Assembly: GCA_951812955.1 (NCBI GenBank)
Contig: OX638340.1
Coordinates: 96,001 to 160,000 of the forward strand
DNA from: an uncultured Gemmatimonadota bacterium
GTDB lineage: Bacteria > JAAXHH01
Direction: 5' to 3'
DNA length: 64,000 nucleotides
The notes beneath the pieces were generated by a model, which saw only the letters and a program-made list of their open reading frames with translations, was not told the DNA's origin and did no database searches. Numbering within the stretch: the stretch's first letter is position 1; the number at the start of each line of letters is the position of its first letter. This document shows positions 20,560 to 30,239 of this stretch, in pieces. Made by a program: the position numbers and the translations under genes.

Positions 20560-21930
20560 ATGAACAACGTCATATCCTATCTCGAGTCCCAACGATCCCA
20601 GGCACTTGACGGCTTGAAGGAGTTCCTCCGCATTCCGAGTGTGAGCACCCATCCCCACCACCGCGAGGACCTGCACCGGTGCGCCAGGTTCGTCGCCGGC
20701 GAACTGGAAGGGATCGGCATGCGCAACGTAGCGGTGAACCCAACGCCCGGCCATCCCATTGTGACGGCGGACTGGCTGGATGCGCCCGGTAAGCCCACCG
20801 TGCTCCTGTACGGCCATTACGACGTCCAGCCGGCGGAACCCATCGAGTTGTGGGAGAGTGATCCCTTTGATCCCGTGGTTCGGGGCGACAACCTGTATGC
20901 TCGCGGATCGACGGACGACAAGGGACAGGTGTGGGTCCACGTGAAGGCCCTGGAAGCCCACCTGCGGGAAAACGGCCGCCTCCCGGTGAACGTCCGCATG
21001 CTGATCGAGGGGGAGGAGGAAGTGTCGAGCGAGAACCTGGAAGCCTACCTGGAGGCCCATAAAGCCGAGCTGGCGGCGGACGTGGTGGTCATTTCCGACA
21101 CGTCCATGCTGGACTACGAGCGGCCCTCCATCGGTTATGCGTTACGCGGCATGGCCTACATGGAGATCCGGATCGAGGGGCCCAATAAGGACCTGCATTC
21201 GGGAGTCTACGGCGGCGCAGTGCCCAACCCCCTCAACGTCCTCTCCGAGATGCTGGGCAAGATGGTGGACCGTGACGGAAGGATCACCGTACCCGGGTTC
21301 TACGATGATGTCTTGCCCTTGAGAGACGAAGAGCGGGAATCACTTGCCGCGCTTTCCTTCGATGAGGAGGGATTCGCCGGAAAGCTGGGCCTGCCGCATG
21401 CCACGGGCGAAAAGGGATACTCGACCGTGGAACGCCTCTGGGCGCGGCCCACGCTGGATGTGAACGGGATGCTTGGGGGATTCACGGGCGAAGGGTCGAA
21501 GACCGTGATTCCTTCGAAGGCCATGGCCAAGGTGAGCATGCGCCTCGTGCCGGACCAGGACCCCGAAAAGATCGTACGGACCTTCACGGACTACGTAAAA
21601 TGCCTTGCGCCACCCTCGGTCAAGGTGGAAGTCATCTGCCACGGCACGGGGAAGCCGGTCCTCACGGCGCGGGATCATCCCGCGGTTACAGCCGCGCACA
21701 AGGCCATCGCCAGGGGCTTCGGCAAGGAACCCGTGTACATCCGGGAAGGCGGCAGCATCCCGGTAGTTGCCATGTTCGAGGAGAAACTCGGCCTTCCGAC
21801 CGTCCTGATGGCCTTCGGCCTGCCAGACTGCGACGCCCATGCGCCGAACGAGAAGTTCCACTTGCCCAATTTCTACCGGGGAATCGACAGCGCGGCCTGG
21901 TTCTACGAGGAATATGGCCGGGTCCGATGA
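20560..21930 (+). CDS. M20-family metallopeptidase (dipeptidase / ArgE-DapE-like)
   Basis: 456 aa with LLYGHYDVQP, GSTDDKG and MLIEGEEE (metal-ligand motifs) and a dimerisation/lid domain. Confidence 0.8.
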   Translation: MNNVISYLESQRSQALDGLKEFLRIPSVSTHPHHREDLHRCARFVAGELEGIGMRNVAVNPTPGHPIVTADWLDAPGKPTVLLYGHYDVQPAEPIELWESDPFDPVVRGDNLYARGSTDDKGQVWVHVKALEAHLRENGRLPVNVRMLIEGEEEVSSENLEAYLEAHKAELAADVVVISDTSMLDYERPSIGYALRGMAYMEIRIEGPNKDLHSGVYGGAVPNPLNVLSEMLGKMVDRDGRITVPGFYDDVLPLRDEERESLAALSFDEEGFAGKLGLPHATGEKGYSTVERLWARPTLDVNGMLGGFTGEGSKTVIPSKAMAKVSMRLVPDQDPEKIVRTFTDYVKCLAPPSVKVEVICHGTGKPVLTARDHPAVTAAHKAIARGFGKEPVYIREGGSIPVVAMFEEKLGLPTVLMAFGLPDCDAHAPNEKFHLPNFYRGIDSAAWFYEEYGRVR

Positions 21931-22084
21931 CCCGGTTACCGCTATGGGCATCGGGTCCGGTCTTTATCTAATCCACCTACAGTCTTCTGGATTTATGGGG
22001 ATGATTCGGCGCGATTTTGCGTGGTGTCTCGACCCGGCAGTCTATGCGTCTGGTCCCGGCGGCTAATGCGTCTGGTCCGAAACG

Positions 22085-23398
22085 CTAAGCTGACTGTCCG
22101 GCCCTTCCTGCGGCGGCCCGTTGCTCCATGGCGTTCACGGAAGTTGCCACGGCGGCGTCGCCCGTGACGTTTACCGCGGTTCGGCACATGTCGAGTATGC
22201 GGTCGACGCCGAGGATCAATGCGATGCCTGCGGCCGGTACGCCGATGGTCTCGAGGATGATGATCAGCATGATGATGCCCGCGCCGGGTACCGCGGCGGT
22301 GCCGATAGACGCGAGTACTGCCGTGAGGACGATCTGCAGCTGCGCCGTCATATCAAGACCCAGGCCAAGAGCCTGGGCGATGAACACGGCGGCAACGGCC
22401 TGGTAGAGTGCGGTGCCGTCCATGTTGATCGTGGCGCCGAGAGGCAGAACGAAGGAGGAGACCTCCTTGGAGACCCCGAGATTCCGCTCGCTCATCTCCA
22501 TCGTGACGGGCAGCGTGGCCCCGCTGGAACTCGAGGAGAAAGCCAGGAGTTGGGCCGGTGCGATCCCCCTGAAGAAGCGTCCGATCTTCATGTTGGAGAA
22601 GATTTTCAGCAGAAGCGGATAGGTGACGATGCCGTGGACCAGCAGCCCCAGGAGGACTACCAGGCAGTAAAAGCCAAGGGCCCCAAGGAGTTCTCCGACA
22701 GCTGACAGGTCGTCTCTGGCCACCTGGTTGATGGTCTTGGCGATCAGCGCAAATACCCCGATGGGGGCGACGACCATGATCATGTGCACGATCTGGATGA
22801 TGACCGACGTGAGCCCTCCGAAGAAATCAACCAGGGGTTTGCCCTTGTCGGACGGGATCAGTACCAGGGCGATGCCGAAGAGGATGGAGAAGAAAACGAC
22901 CTGAAGCATGCGACCGTTGTTGCTCAGGGCACCGAAGATGTTGTCTGGTGTCATGTCCACGAAGACCTGTAGCGGACCGCGATCTCTGGCCGTTTCGGCC
23001 CGCTCCATGTCCGATTCCGCATCGGACTGGTAGGCCGCCTGCAACTGTTCCTGCAGCCCCTGGGGCACACCGGTACCGGGTTCGAGCAGGTTGACCATGA
23101 CAAGTCCGATGGTCACGGAGACGGTCGTTGTGAGGATGTAAATGGCGATCGTCCTTCCCCCGATGCGCGATAACTTCTTCACGTCCGAGAGGGAAGCGAT
23201 GCCCATGATGAGCGAGCCCAGCACGAGGGGTACGGCGATGACCTTGAGCAGGTTGAGGAAGATGTCGCCGAAGGGCGTGATCCAGTCCTCTGTGAATTGG
23301 CTCCAGCCCATGGCCGCGGAAAGGATTCCGTACAGCCCTCCGAGGATCAGGCCGATGATGATTTTCCAGTGCAGGGGGAGGCGCCACAGGTTCATCAT
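22085..23398 (-). CDS. dicarboxylate/amino acid:cation symporter (DAACS family, GltP/GltT-like)
   Basis: 437 aa, multi-pass, with the characteristic segments FAFSSSSSGATLPVTME and PLGATINMDGTALY. Confidence 0.8.
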   Translation of the reverse strand: MMNLWRLPLHWKIIIGLILGGLYGILSAAMGWSQFTEDWITPFGDIFLNLLKVIAVPLVLGSLIMGIASLSDVKKLSRIGGRTIAIYILTTTVSVTIGLVMVNLLEPGTGVPQGLQEQLQAAYQSDAESDMERAETARDRGPLQVFVDMTPDNIFGALSNNGRMLQVVFFSILFGIALVLIPSDKGKPLVDFFGGLTSVIIQIVHMIMVVAPIGVFALIAKTINQVARDDLSAVGELLGALGFYCLVVLLGLLVHGIVTYPLLLKIFSNMKIGRFFRGIAPAQLLAFSSSSSGATLPVTMEMSERNLGVSKEVSSFVLPLGATINMDGTALYQAVAAVFIAQALGLGLDMTAQLQIVLTAVLASIGTAAVPGAGIIMLIIILETIGVPAAGIALILGVDRILDMCRTAVNVTGDAAVATSVNAMEQRAAAGRAGQSA

Positions 23399-23443
23399 GT
23401 AAGGTCTCTCCGGGGTATATACAGACGAGTATTTGCGGACAGG

Positions 23444-24445
23444 CTATACGGGAACGTCGTGGAACAGACTCTGGACTGTCCGAACCAATTTCTCTTCGTC
23501 TGGAATGGTTTCAGGTTCCAGGCCAGGGCTGAAGGGTACGGGTACGTCCATGGCGCCCAGCCGTTTGACGGGGGCGTCGAGGTAATCGAAGGCCTCGTCG
23601 GAAATCCTGGAGGCCAGTTCACCGGTAACTCCGTAGCTCTGGTAGGCTTCGTCGATCACTACGGCGCGGCTGGTCTTCTGCACGGATCGCACAATGGTTT
23701 CCATGTCCAGAGGGGACAGCGTCCTGGGGTCGACCACTTCGACGCTGATCTGTTCCTGCTCCAGCATGTCCGCAGCCTTAAGCGCGGTATGCACCATGCT
23801 CGAAGTGGCCACGATGGACACGTCGCTTCCTTCCCGTTTTATGTCGGCCACACCGAAGGGGATGGTATAGTCGTCGTCATCCGGAACCGGACCCTTCAAG
23901 GCGTACATCATCTTGTCCTCATAGATCACGGTGGGGTTATCGTCGCGAATGGCGGTTTTGAGCAGTCCCTTCAAATCGGCCGGCGTGGAAGGGATGGCCA
24001 CCTTGACGCCGGGTATGTGAGACAGCCAGGCCTGCAGGCTTTGGGAGTGCTGGGCCGCCGAGGAGCGGCCCGCCCCGATGGTGGTCCGTATGGTTAGCGG
24101 CACGCTGGCCTGTCCGCCGGTCATGTAGCACATCTTGGCCGCCTGGTTGACGATCTGGTCCATGGCGATGGTGATGAAGTCGCCGAACATGATCTCGACG
24201 ATGGGCCGCATGCCCGTCAGGGCCGCGCCTACGCCCGCTCCCATGATGCCCGCTTCCGAGATGGGCGTGTCCCGCACCCGGTCGTCGCCGAATTCGTCGA
24301 GCAGTCCCACGGTGACCTTGAAGACTCCGCCGGCCGCGGCGACGTCCTCGCCCATGAAGAAGACGGTTTCGTCCCGCCGCATCTCCTCCGCAATGGCCTC
24401 TCGGACCGCTTCCCCGTAAGTGATTACGCGTTCAGGCGTAGACAT
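23444..24445 (-). CDS. 2-oxoacid (pyruvate/acetoin-type) dehydrogenase E1 component beta subunit
   Basis: 333 aa with a transketolase-like pyrimidine-binding domain (DTPISEAGIMGAGVGAAL) and a C-terminal domain. Confidence 0.85.
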   Translation of the reverse strand: MSTPERVITYGEAVREAIAEEMRRDETVFFMGEDVAAAGGVFKVTVGLLDEFGDDRVRDTPISEAGIMGAGVGAALTGMRPIVEIMFGDFITIAMDQIVNQAAKMCYMTGGQASVPLTIRTTIGAGRSSAAQHSQSLQAWLSHIPGVKVAIPSTPADLKGLLKTAIRDDNPTVIYEDKMMYALKGPVPDDDDYTIPFGVADIKREGSDVSIVATSSMVHTALKAADMLEQEQISVEVVDPRTLSPLDMETIVRSVQKTSRAVVIDEAYQSYGVTGELASRISDEAFDYLDAPVKRLGAMDVPVPFSPGLEPETIPDEEKLVRTVQSLFHDVPV

Positions 24446-25472
24446 GATCGGTCACCTCGTCGGCCACGGGATAGGGGGACTCCTTCGCGAATTCCACGGC
24501 GTCTTCCACCAGCCCGGTGATGGTGGCGTCGATGGTATCCAGTTCCGTTTCGTCCACCATGCCCGCCTTCATCATGCGCCGGGCGAAGCGTGGTATGGGG
24601 TCGCGGGCGAGCCAGGTGTCGGTCTCCTCCTGGGTCCGGTAGGTCTTCTCCGGATCGCCGTCGCCCACGTGATGGCCCCGGTACCGGTAGGTCTTGTTCT
24701 CGATCAGGCAGGGGCCTTCGCCGGCACGGGCCCGCTTTACCATCTCCATCGCGGTCTGGTGTACCGCAACCGCGTCGTTACCGTCCACTACCACGGCCGG
24801 CATGTCGAATCCCGCGGCACGCTCGGCCACGTGTTCCCGGACGGCCGTAACGTCACTGGCCGCGGTGTATTCTCCGTAATGGTTGTTCTCGCAGACGAAT
24901 AGCACGGGCAACGACCAGACGGACGCCAGGTTGGCGGATTCCAGAAAGGCACCCTGGTTGATGGCGCCGTCGCCGAAGAAGCACACGGCCACCTGCCCGC
25001 TGTTGCGCATCTTGCCGCTCAGGGCCGCGCCGGTCGCCATGCCCATCCCGCCTCCCACGATCCCGTTGGCGCCGAGAATCCCGAGACTCATGTCGGCGAT
25101 GTGCATGGTTCCGCCCTTCCCCCGGTTGTAGCCGTCCACCTTGCCCATCATCTCGGCCATCATGCGGTCGACCTTGCCGCCCTTGGCGATCAGGTGGCCG
25201 TGGCCCCGGTGGGTACTGGTCAGGTAGTCGTCGTCGTTCAGAGCGGAACAGATGCCCACTGCCGAGGCCTCCTGCCCGATGTAGAGGTGGGCGAGGCCGC
25301 GCATCAGCCCCTGCGTGTAAATCTCCAGCACGGCTTCCTCGAACCGCCGTATGGTCAGCATTTTTTCGTAGATTTCCCTGCTCAGCGATTCGTTCAGCGG
25401 CAACGTCCCTTCGTCACTGGACGTGGTGATTATTTCCAGGGATTCCGTCATGTCTCGAACGCTCCATGGCAA
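24432..25472 (-). CDS. 2-oxoacid dehydrogenase E1 component alpha subunit (TPP-dependent)
   Basis: 346 aa with the TPP motif GDGAINQGAFLESANLA...NN. It overlaps the beta subunit by 14 bp. Confidence 0.85.
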   Translation of the reverse strand: MPWSVRDMTESLEIITTSSDEGTLPLNESLSREIYEKMLTIRRFEEAVLEIYTQGLMRGLAHLYIGQEASAVGICSALNDDDYLTSTHRGHGHLIAKGGKVDRMMAEMMGKVDGYNRGKGGTMHIADMSLGILGANGIVGGGMGMATGAALSGKMRNSGQVAVCFFGDGAINQGAFLESANLASVWSLPVLFVCENNHYGEYTAASDVTAVREHVAERAAGFDMPAVVVDGNDAVAVHQTAMEMVKRARAGEGPCLIENKTYRYRGHHVGDGDPEKTYRTQEETDTWLARDPIPRFARRMMKAGMVDETELDTIDATITGLVEDAVEFAKESPYPVADEVTDHVYA

Positions 25473-25617
25473 AGAGGCGAAACCGGTGGTATAGCCAAAA
25501 ATTCGGTACGAACGAACTGTCCCATAATACGGGAGGGCGGCAGGTCAGGCAAGAGGAAAATACCCGTGCGAACCTATGGTTCATTTCGTTCGTTAACGCC
25601 GGCTCTCGCGCGTTCGT

Positions 25618-26178
25618 TCAGCCGGTTCGATCCGGCGCGAGACTCCGGTTGAGCCGCTGAATCAGCGGCGGGGCGAAGAGAATCATCAGGATGGTCTCGG
25701 GGACGACGACACTTGCGTTGTACAACAGGGCGTAAAGCCATGGCGCCGTCCATTGCTGGAGCAGGGGCGCAAGGGTGATTCCGGTGTAATCCCGGATCAG
25801 TTCGTATACCTGCCGGTTCAGTTCGGGCGGGGTAAAGGCCGCAAAATACACCGCGCCGGACACTACGTGGCTCGCCAGCCGGAGTATGCAGGCCACCGTG
25901 ATCCCCAGCCGGGGCCAGCCGGGGAAGTACCCTATGATCCCCAGCATGGCATAGGGAAGAAGGTAATCCAGCGCGACCTGGATTGGGTGCAGGACGACGG
26001 GATCGATGATCAGCGTGACGAGACCTGCGGCGAGCCCTCCGGCCATGCCCGCCCTGGGTCCGTGCGAGATCGACAGGTAGATCAGAGGAAGGATCTTGAG
26101 CGACAGCGATCCGCCCCAGGGCAGCCGGTACAGGCGGATGAAACCGAGGAGGACCGCGAGGGCAACCGCCACGGCCAT
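25618..26178 (-). CDS. ThiT/YuaJ-like membrane protein (putative thiamine-transporter S component)
   Basis: Pattern similarity to ThiT: LKILPLIYLSISHGPRAGMAGGLAAGLVTLI against ThiT [28 protein letters not shown]. It has about 6 TM helices. The start was set at an internal Met to avoid overlapping the upstream gene. Confidence 0.5.
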   Translation of the reverse strand: MAVAVALAVLLGFIRLYRLPWGGSLSLKILPLIYLSISHGPRAGMAGGLAAGLVTLIIDPVVLHPIQVALDYLLPYAMLGIIGYFPGWPRLGITVACILRLASHVVSGAVYFAAFTPPELNRQVYELIRDYTGITLAPLLQQWTAPWLYALLYNASVVVPETILMILFAPPLIQRLNRSLAPDRTG

Positions 26179-26206
26179 TGCGGTCAGTCGGCGCGTGCCG
26201 CCGGCG

Positions 26207-26869
26207 CTACTTGCCGTTTGTGGATTCGCTTTCTTCGGGCTCGGGCTTGCCATGTCCGTTCATTTCGGCCAGGCGCTTCATCTTTTCCTGCTTGTCCAAC
26301 TTCCCCATCGTCTCGAGGAGCGCCGTGTCGAGTTTCCTTATCCGTGCGGTGGTCGAAGTCAGCTCCAGCAGGGACTGCCGCTCCCGCAGGACCATGTCGA
26401 TCGTCGACGCGATGATGAAGGAGAAGTGCACCGGGTCGAAGATGCCGCGGACGGCGCCCACCCCCCTGGTCTGCAGTCGTATCATTTTCTGGTAGGCATC
26501 CAGGACCTTCTTCAGGAGGTCGGATGGGATGTCCTCGCTGTCGTCGTCGAAGTATTCGACTGCGGCTTCCAGGTAGGACTCCCGGTTGAGCACGTCGAGG
26601 ACCCGGAACCGCCTGCGTCCCTCGGTGAGTATGTCCATGTTCCCGTTTTCGAACTGCCTGAGGATCTGCGTGATCCGGGCCGTGCAGCCCACCTGGCACA
26701 ACTGGGTTTCATGCAGGAGCAGAATGCCGAATTCCAGTTTCTCATCGAGGCATTTTTGAACCATTTCCTTGTAGCGCGGTTCGAAAATGTGAAGGTGCAG
26801 GGGCATGCCGGGAAAAAGTACGGTATTGAGCGGGAAGAGCGGGATCTCGGGTGAGTTCATAGAGTTCAT
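26207..26869 (-). CDS. Lon N-terminal (LON substrate-binding) domain protein, stand-alone
   Basis: 220 aa beginning IPLFPLNTVLFPGMPLHLHIFEPRYKEMV, typical of the Lon N domain, with no ATPase or protease part. Confidence 0.7.
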   Translation of the reverse strand: MNSMNSPEIPLFPLNTVLFPGMPLHLHIFEPRYKEMVQKCLDEKLEFGILLLHETQLCQVGCTARITQILRQFENGNMDILTEGRRRFRVLDVLNRESYLEAAVEYFDDDSEDIPSDLLKKVLDAYQKMIRLQTRGVGAVRGIFDPVHFSFIIASTIDMVLRERQSLLELTSTTARIRKLDTALLETMGKLDKQEKMKRLAEMNGHGKPEPEESESTNGK

Positions 26870-27182
26870 CGCGGTGTGTGTTACGGGAAAGGGTGCGGTG
26901 AGCGGTACGAGAAAACGATGCGGATTCCCACTGATCTAATAGACTGCGAACGCGGCCCGGCGGGTAGCGATATCGGGAATCGCCGCACGGGAAACAGTGT
27001 CAGCGGGACATGCGAATCTTAATTGGATACCGTCGGAGATGTCAATGGAATTCGGCCCGCTTTCCGGTGTTTCACGGGGCCAGTTCCTGCTTGACGACCC
27101 CCCTGCCGCAGCTATATTACGGTGTTGCTCGCGGGTATAACTGAAATAGTTTGGCGCAATTAAGTCATGTCTGGCGGTCGCG

Positions 27183-28829
27183 ATGGACGGAAGTGGAAGA
27201 AGCGGAAAGTCTAAAGAAGAGAAGAAGGACAACCGTCCTCTTCGAAAGCCATCCTTCACCAATATCTCGGGATCTCCCGTGGAGGGGCTGTACACGTCCG
27301 GGCGCCGGTCCGGTTCCGGCTATCTGCGCGACGAGGGTTATCCGGGACAGTTCCCTTACACGCGCGGGATCCATGCAACCCTTTATCGCGGCAGACCCTG
27401 GACCATCCGGCAGTTCTCCGGCTTCGGTTCCGCGGCGGATTCCAACACCCGTTTCAAGTTTCTCCTGGAACAGGGACAGGATGGCCTTTCAGTGGCTTTC
27501 GACGTGCCCACCCTGATGGGTTTCGATTCCGATCATCCGTCCTCGGAAGGGGAAGTGGGGGTCTGCGGGGTCGCCGTCGATACGCTGGAGGACATGGAAA
27601 CACTCTTATCCGGCATTCCGCTGGACCGGATAAGCACGTCCATGACCATCAACGCCCCCGCCGCGGTGCTGCTGGCGATGTACCTGGCCGTGGCCGAGAA
27701 AAGAGGGATCCCCTGGACCGCGCTGAGGGGCACGCTGCAGAACGATATTCTGAAAGAGTACATCGCCCAGAAGGAGTGGATCTGCCCACCCGCTTCGGCA
27801 TTGAAGTTCGTTACCGATACGGTGGTCTTTTGCACGGAGCGGGTTCCTCAGTGGAATCCCGTCAGCATCAGCGGATACCACATCCGGGAAGCGGGCGCGA
27901 CGGCCGCCCAGGAACTGGCGTTCACGCTGGCGGACGGGTTTGCCTACGTCGACGCCTGCGTCGACGCCGGTCTCGAAGTCGACCGGTTCGCTTCACGCCT
28001 GTCCTTCTTCTTCAACGCCCATATCGATTTCTTCGAAGAGATCGCCAAGTTCCGTGCCGCCAGGCGGATCTGGGCGCGCCACATGCGCGGGCGGTACGGC
28101 GCCCGGTCCGAACGGTCCTGGGCGCTGCGTTTCCATACCCAGACCGCGGGGTGCAGCCTGACCGCCCAGCAACCGGAGAACAACATCGTGCGCACGGCCG
28201 TCGAAGCGCTGTCCGCGGTGCTGGGGGGCACCCAGTCGCTACATACCAACGCACTGGACGAAGCCTATGCGCTGCCATCGGAAAAGGCGGCCCGAATCGC
28301 CGTGCGGACCCAGCAGATCATCGCCAGCGAGACCGGCGTGACCGATACGGTCGATCCCCTGGGTGGATCCTACTACATCGAGTCCCTCACCGACCGGCTG
28401 GAAGAGGAGGCCGAGGCCTATTTCAAGAAGATCGACGGCTTCGGGGGCATGGTTGCGGCCATCGAAGCGGGGTTTCCCCAGCGCGAGATCATGGCCGCGG
28501 CAAGCCGGTACCAGGCGGAGATCGAAAACGGGGAAAGGACCGTCACCGGCGTAAACGATTTCATCTCCCCTGAGGACAGCGACATCGACACACTTCGCAT
28601 CGACCCGCGCATCGAAAGGGAACAGCGTAGCCGTCTCGATTCGGCGCGACGGCGGCGGAACGACCTGAAAGCAGGCGAGGCTCTCGATGCACTGGGTATC
28701 GCGCTAAGGAGCGGAGCGAACATCATGCCGCCCATGCTGGCCGCGGTAAAGGCCTGCGCCACGATCGGGGAAATCGTAGGCGTGCTGCAGGAAGTGCACG
28801 GGTTGTACGAGGAACCCGTGGTGTTTTAG
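27183..28829 (+). CDS. methylmalonyl-CoA mutase family large (catalytic TIM-barrel) subunit with no fused B12-binding domain
   Basis: 548 aa with [30 protein letters not shown] and [16 protein letters not shown], characteristic of the MCM/ICM catalytic domain. Confidence 0.8.
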   Translation: MDGSGRSGKSKEEKKDNRPLRKPSFTNISGSPVEGLYTSGRRSGSGYLRDEGYPGQFPYTRGIHATLYRGRPWTIRQFSGFGSAADSNTRFKFLLEQGQDGLSVAFDVPTLMGFDSDHPSSEGEVGVCGVAVDTLEDMETLLSGIPLDRISTSMTINAPAAVLLAMYLAVAEKRGIPWTALRGTLQNDILKEYIAQKEWICPPASALKFVTDTVVFCTERVPQWNPVSISGYHIREAGATAAQELAFTLADGFAYVDACVDAGLEVDRFASRLSFFFNAHIDFFEEIAKFRAARRIWARHMRGRYGARSERSWALRFHTQTAGCSLTAQQPENNIVRTAVEALSAVLGGTQSLHTNALDEAYALPSEKAARIAVRTQQIIASETGVTDTVDPLGGSYYIESLTDRLEEEAEAYFKKIDGFGGMVAAIEAGFPQREIMAAASRYQAEIENGERTVTGVNDFISPEDSDIDTLRIDPRIEREQRSRLDSARRRRNDLKAGEALDALGIALRSGANIMPPMLAAVKACATIGEIVGVLQEVHGLYEEPVVF

Positions 28830-28892
28830 GTCGCACCGGTGTTTCCGCCGGGCGCCATGTCTTACGTCGTAACACAAAAGGAAACCGACGAC

Positions 28893-30074
28893 ATGCCTCG
28901 TATCAGAAAGGGACTGTCCACCCGCTCCGTGCACGGAGGGGAGCACCGCGACAAGCCGTTCTCCTCGGTGACCAATCCCATCGTCCAGACGTCCACTTAT
29001 GTATTTCAGAATACGCAGGAACTAATCGACTATACGACCGGAGGGGTCGACCGGGAAGAATACGGGCGCTACGGCAACCCCACCAAGTCGGTGGCGGAGC
29101 GCAAAATTGCCGAATTGGAAGGTGGAGAGGAAGCCGCTCTTTTCTCATCGGGCATGAGCGCGTTCACTTCCGTATTGCTCGCCATGCTTTCAACCGGCGC
29201 CCACGTGATCGTCATGGACGAATGTTACCGGCGCAGCCGCCAGTTCTGCAGGCAGATACTGCCGAGATACAATATCGACGTGACCTTCGTGAAGACGGGC
29301 GATTACGACGAACTCGAATCCTCGATCAACGACAAGACCCGACTCATCGTATCCGAATCTCCGACGAATCCGTACCTGAACGTGATCGATCTGGAGAAGG
29401 TAACGGAGATCGCCGCCAGGCACCGGGTCAAGGTGTTGATCGACGGCACTTTCGCCACGCCCTACAACCAGAAGCCCCTGGATTTCGGAATCGACCTCGT
29501 GCTTCACAGCGCCACCAAGTACCTCGGAGGGCACAACGACCTGCTTTCCGGCGCCATCGTGGGCAGCGCTTCCCTCATTTCCGCAATACGCGAGTTCCGC
29601 GACGTCACGGGCGGAATAGTCGACCCGCACGGCGCGTACCTGCTGATCCGCGGACTGAAGACCTTCGCTCTGCGGATGGAACAACACAACGCGAACGGCC
29701 TCGCCGTCGCCCGTTACCTGGACGGCCATCCCCGTATCCGGAGGACCTACTATCCCGGTCTGGAAAGCCACGCGGGCCATGAAACGGCGCGCAGGCAGAT
29801 GAGTGGATTCGGCGGGGTGGTGAGCTTCGAAGTCGACGGCGACATGGAAACGACTATCCGCTTCATCGATGCGATGCGCATTCCCTATATCGCGCCGAGC
29901 CTGGGCGGCGTGGAGAGCCTGATCGAACAACCCGCCATCATGTCGTTCTATGAGATGGACCGGTCCGAACGCCTGGAGATAGGCATCAAGGACGAACTCG
30001 TCCGGTTTTCCGTGGGCATTGAAAACGCCGACGATTTGATCGCCGACCTGGAACAGGCCCTGGGGAAGATCTAG
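28893..30074 (+). CDS. Cys/Met-metabolism PLP-dependent enzyme (cystathionine gamma-synthase / beta-lyase / methionine gamma-lyase family)
   Basis: It carries the PLP-lysine motif HSATKYLGGHNDL and the N-terminal YGRYGNPT. The start was set at ATG 28893, preceded by AAGGAA. Confidence 0.8.
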   Translation: MPRIRKGLSTRSVHGGEHRDKPFSSVTNPIVQTSTYVFQNTQELIDYTTGGVDREEYGRYGNPTKSVAERKIAELEGGEEAALFSSGMSAFTSVLLAMLSTGAHVIVMDECYRRSRQFCRQILPRYNIDVTFVKTGDYDELESSINDKTRLIVSESPTNPYLNVIDLEKVTEIAARHRVKVLIDGTFATPYNQKPLDFGIDLVLHSATKYLGGHNDLLSGAIVGSASLISAIREFRDVTGGIVDPHGAYLLIRGLKTFALRMEQHNANGLAVARYLDGHPRIRRTYYPGLESHAGHETARRQMSGFGGVVSFEVDGDMETTIRFIDAMRIPYIAPSLGGVESLIEQPAIMSFYEMDRSERLEIGIKDELVRFSVGIENADDLIADLEQALGKI

Positions 30075-30082
30075 ACTGCGCA

Positions 30083-30122
30083 GGCCTGTCGAAGGCGTTG
30101 CTGGCCTGTCGAAGGCGTTGCC
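30083..30122. repeat. 20-bp tandem duplication (x2, plus a degenerate third copy) in a convergent intergenic region
   Basis: ggcctgtcgaaggcgttgc occurs at 30083-30101 and 30103-30121. Confidence 0.7.
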
Positions 30123-30163
30123 GATCGGTAGTAGGCGTTGTTGGCCCGTCGACTGTGCAGGAA

Positions 30164-30235
30164 CTCCGGGGCCAGGATTCGAACCTGGATAGCCAGAACC
30201 AAAATCTGGTGTCCTGCCAATTGAACGACCCCGGA
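30164..30235 (-). tRNA. tRNA-Gln (anticodon UUG); CCA not encoded
   Basis: Manual fold: acceptor TCCGGGG/CCCCGGA, D-arm GTTC-AATTGGCA-GGAC, anticodon stem CCAGA/TCTGG with loop TTTTGGT, T-arm CCAGG-TTCGAAT-CCTGG. Confidence 0.85.
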
Positions 30236-30239
30236 TTAT

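Noticed and set aside
26870-27182. Cobalamin riboswitch upstream of the mutase gene, or a TPP riboswitch for the ThiT-like or Lon-N transcript
   Set aside because: Both strands were scanned by eye for the B12 box (GCCACTG with flanking conserved helices) and for the THI-box CTGAGA...ACCTGATCTGGATAATGCCAGCG. Only weak partial matches were found (GCCAGTT). This is insufficient; it needs a covariance-model search.
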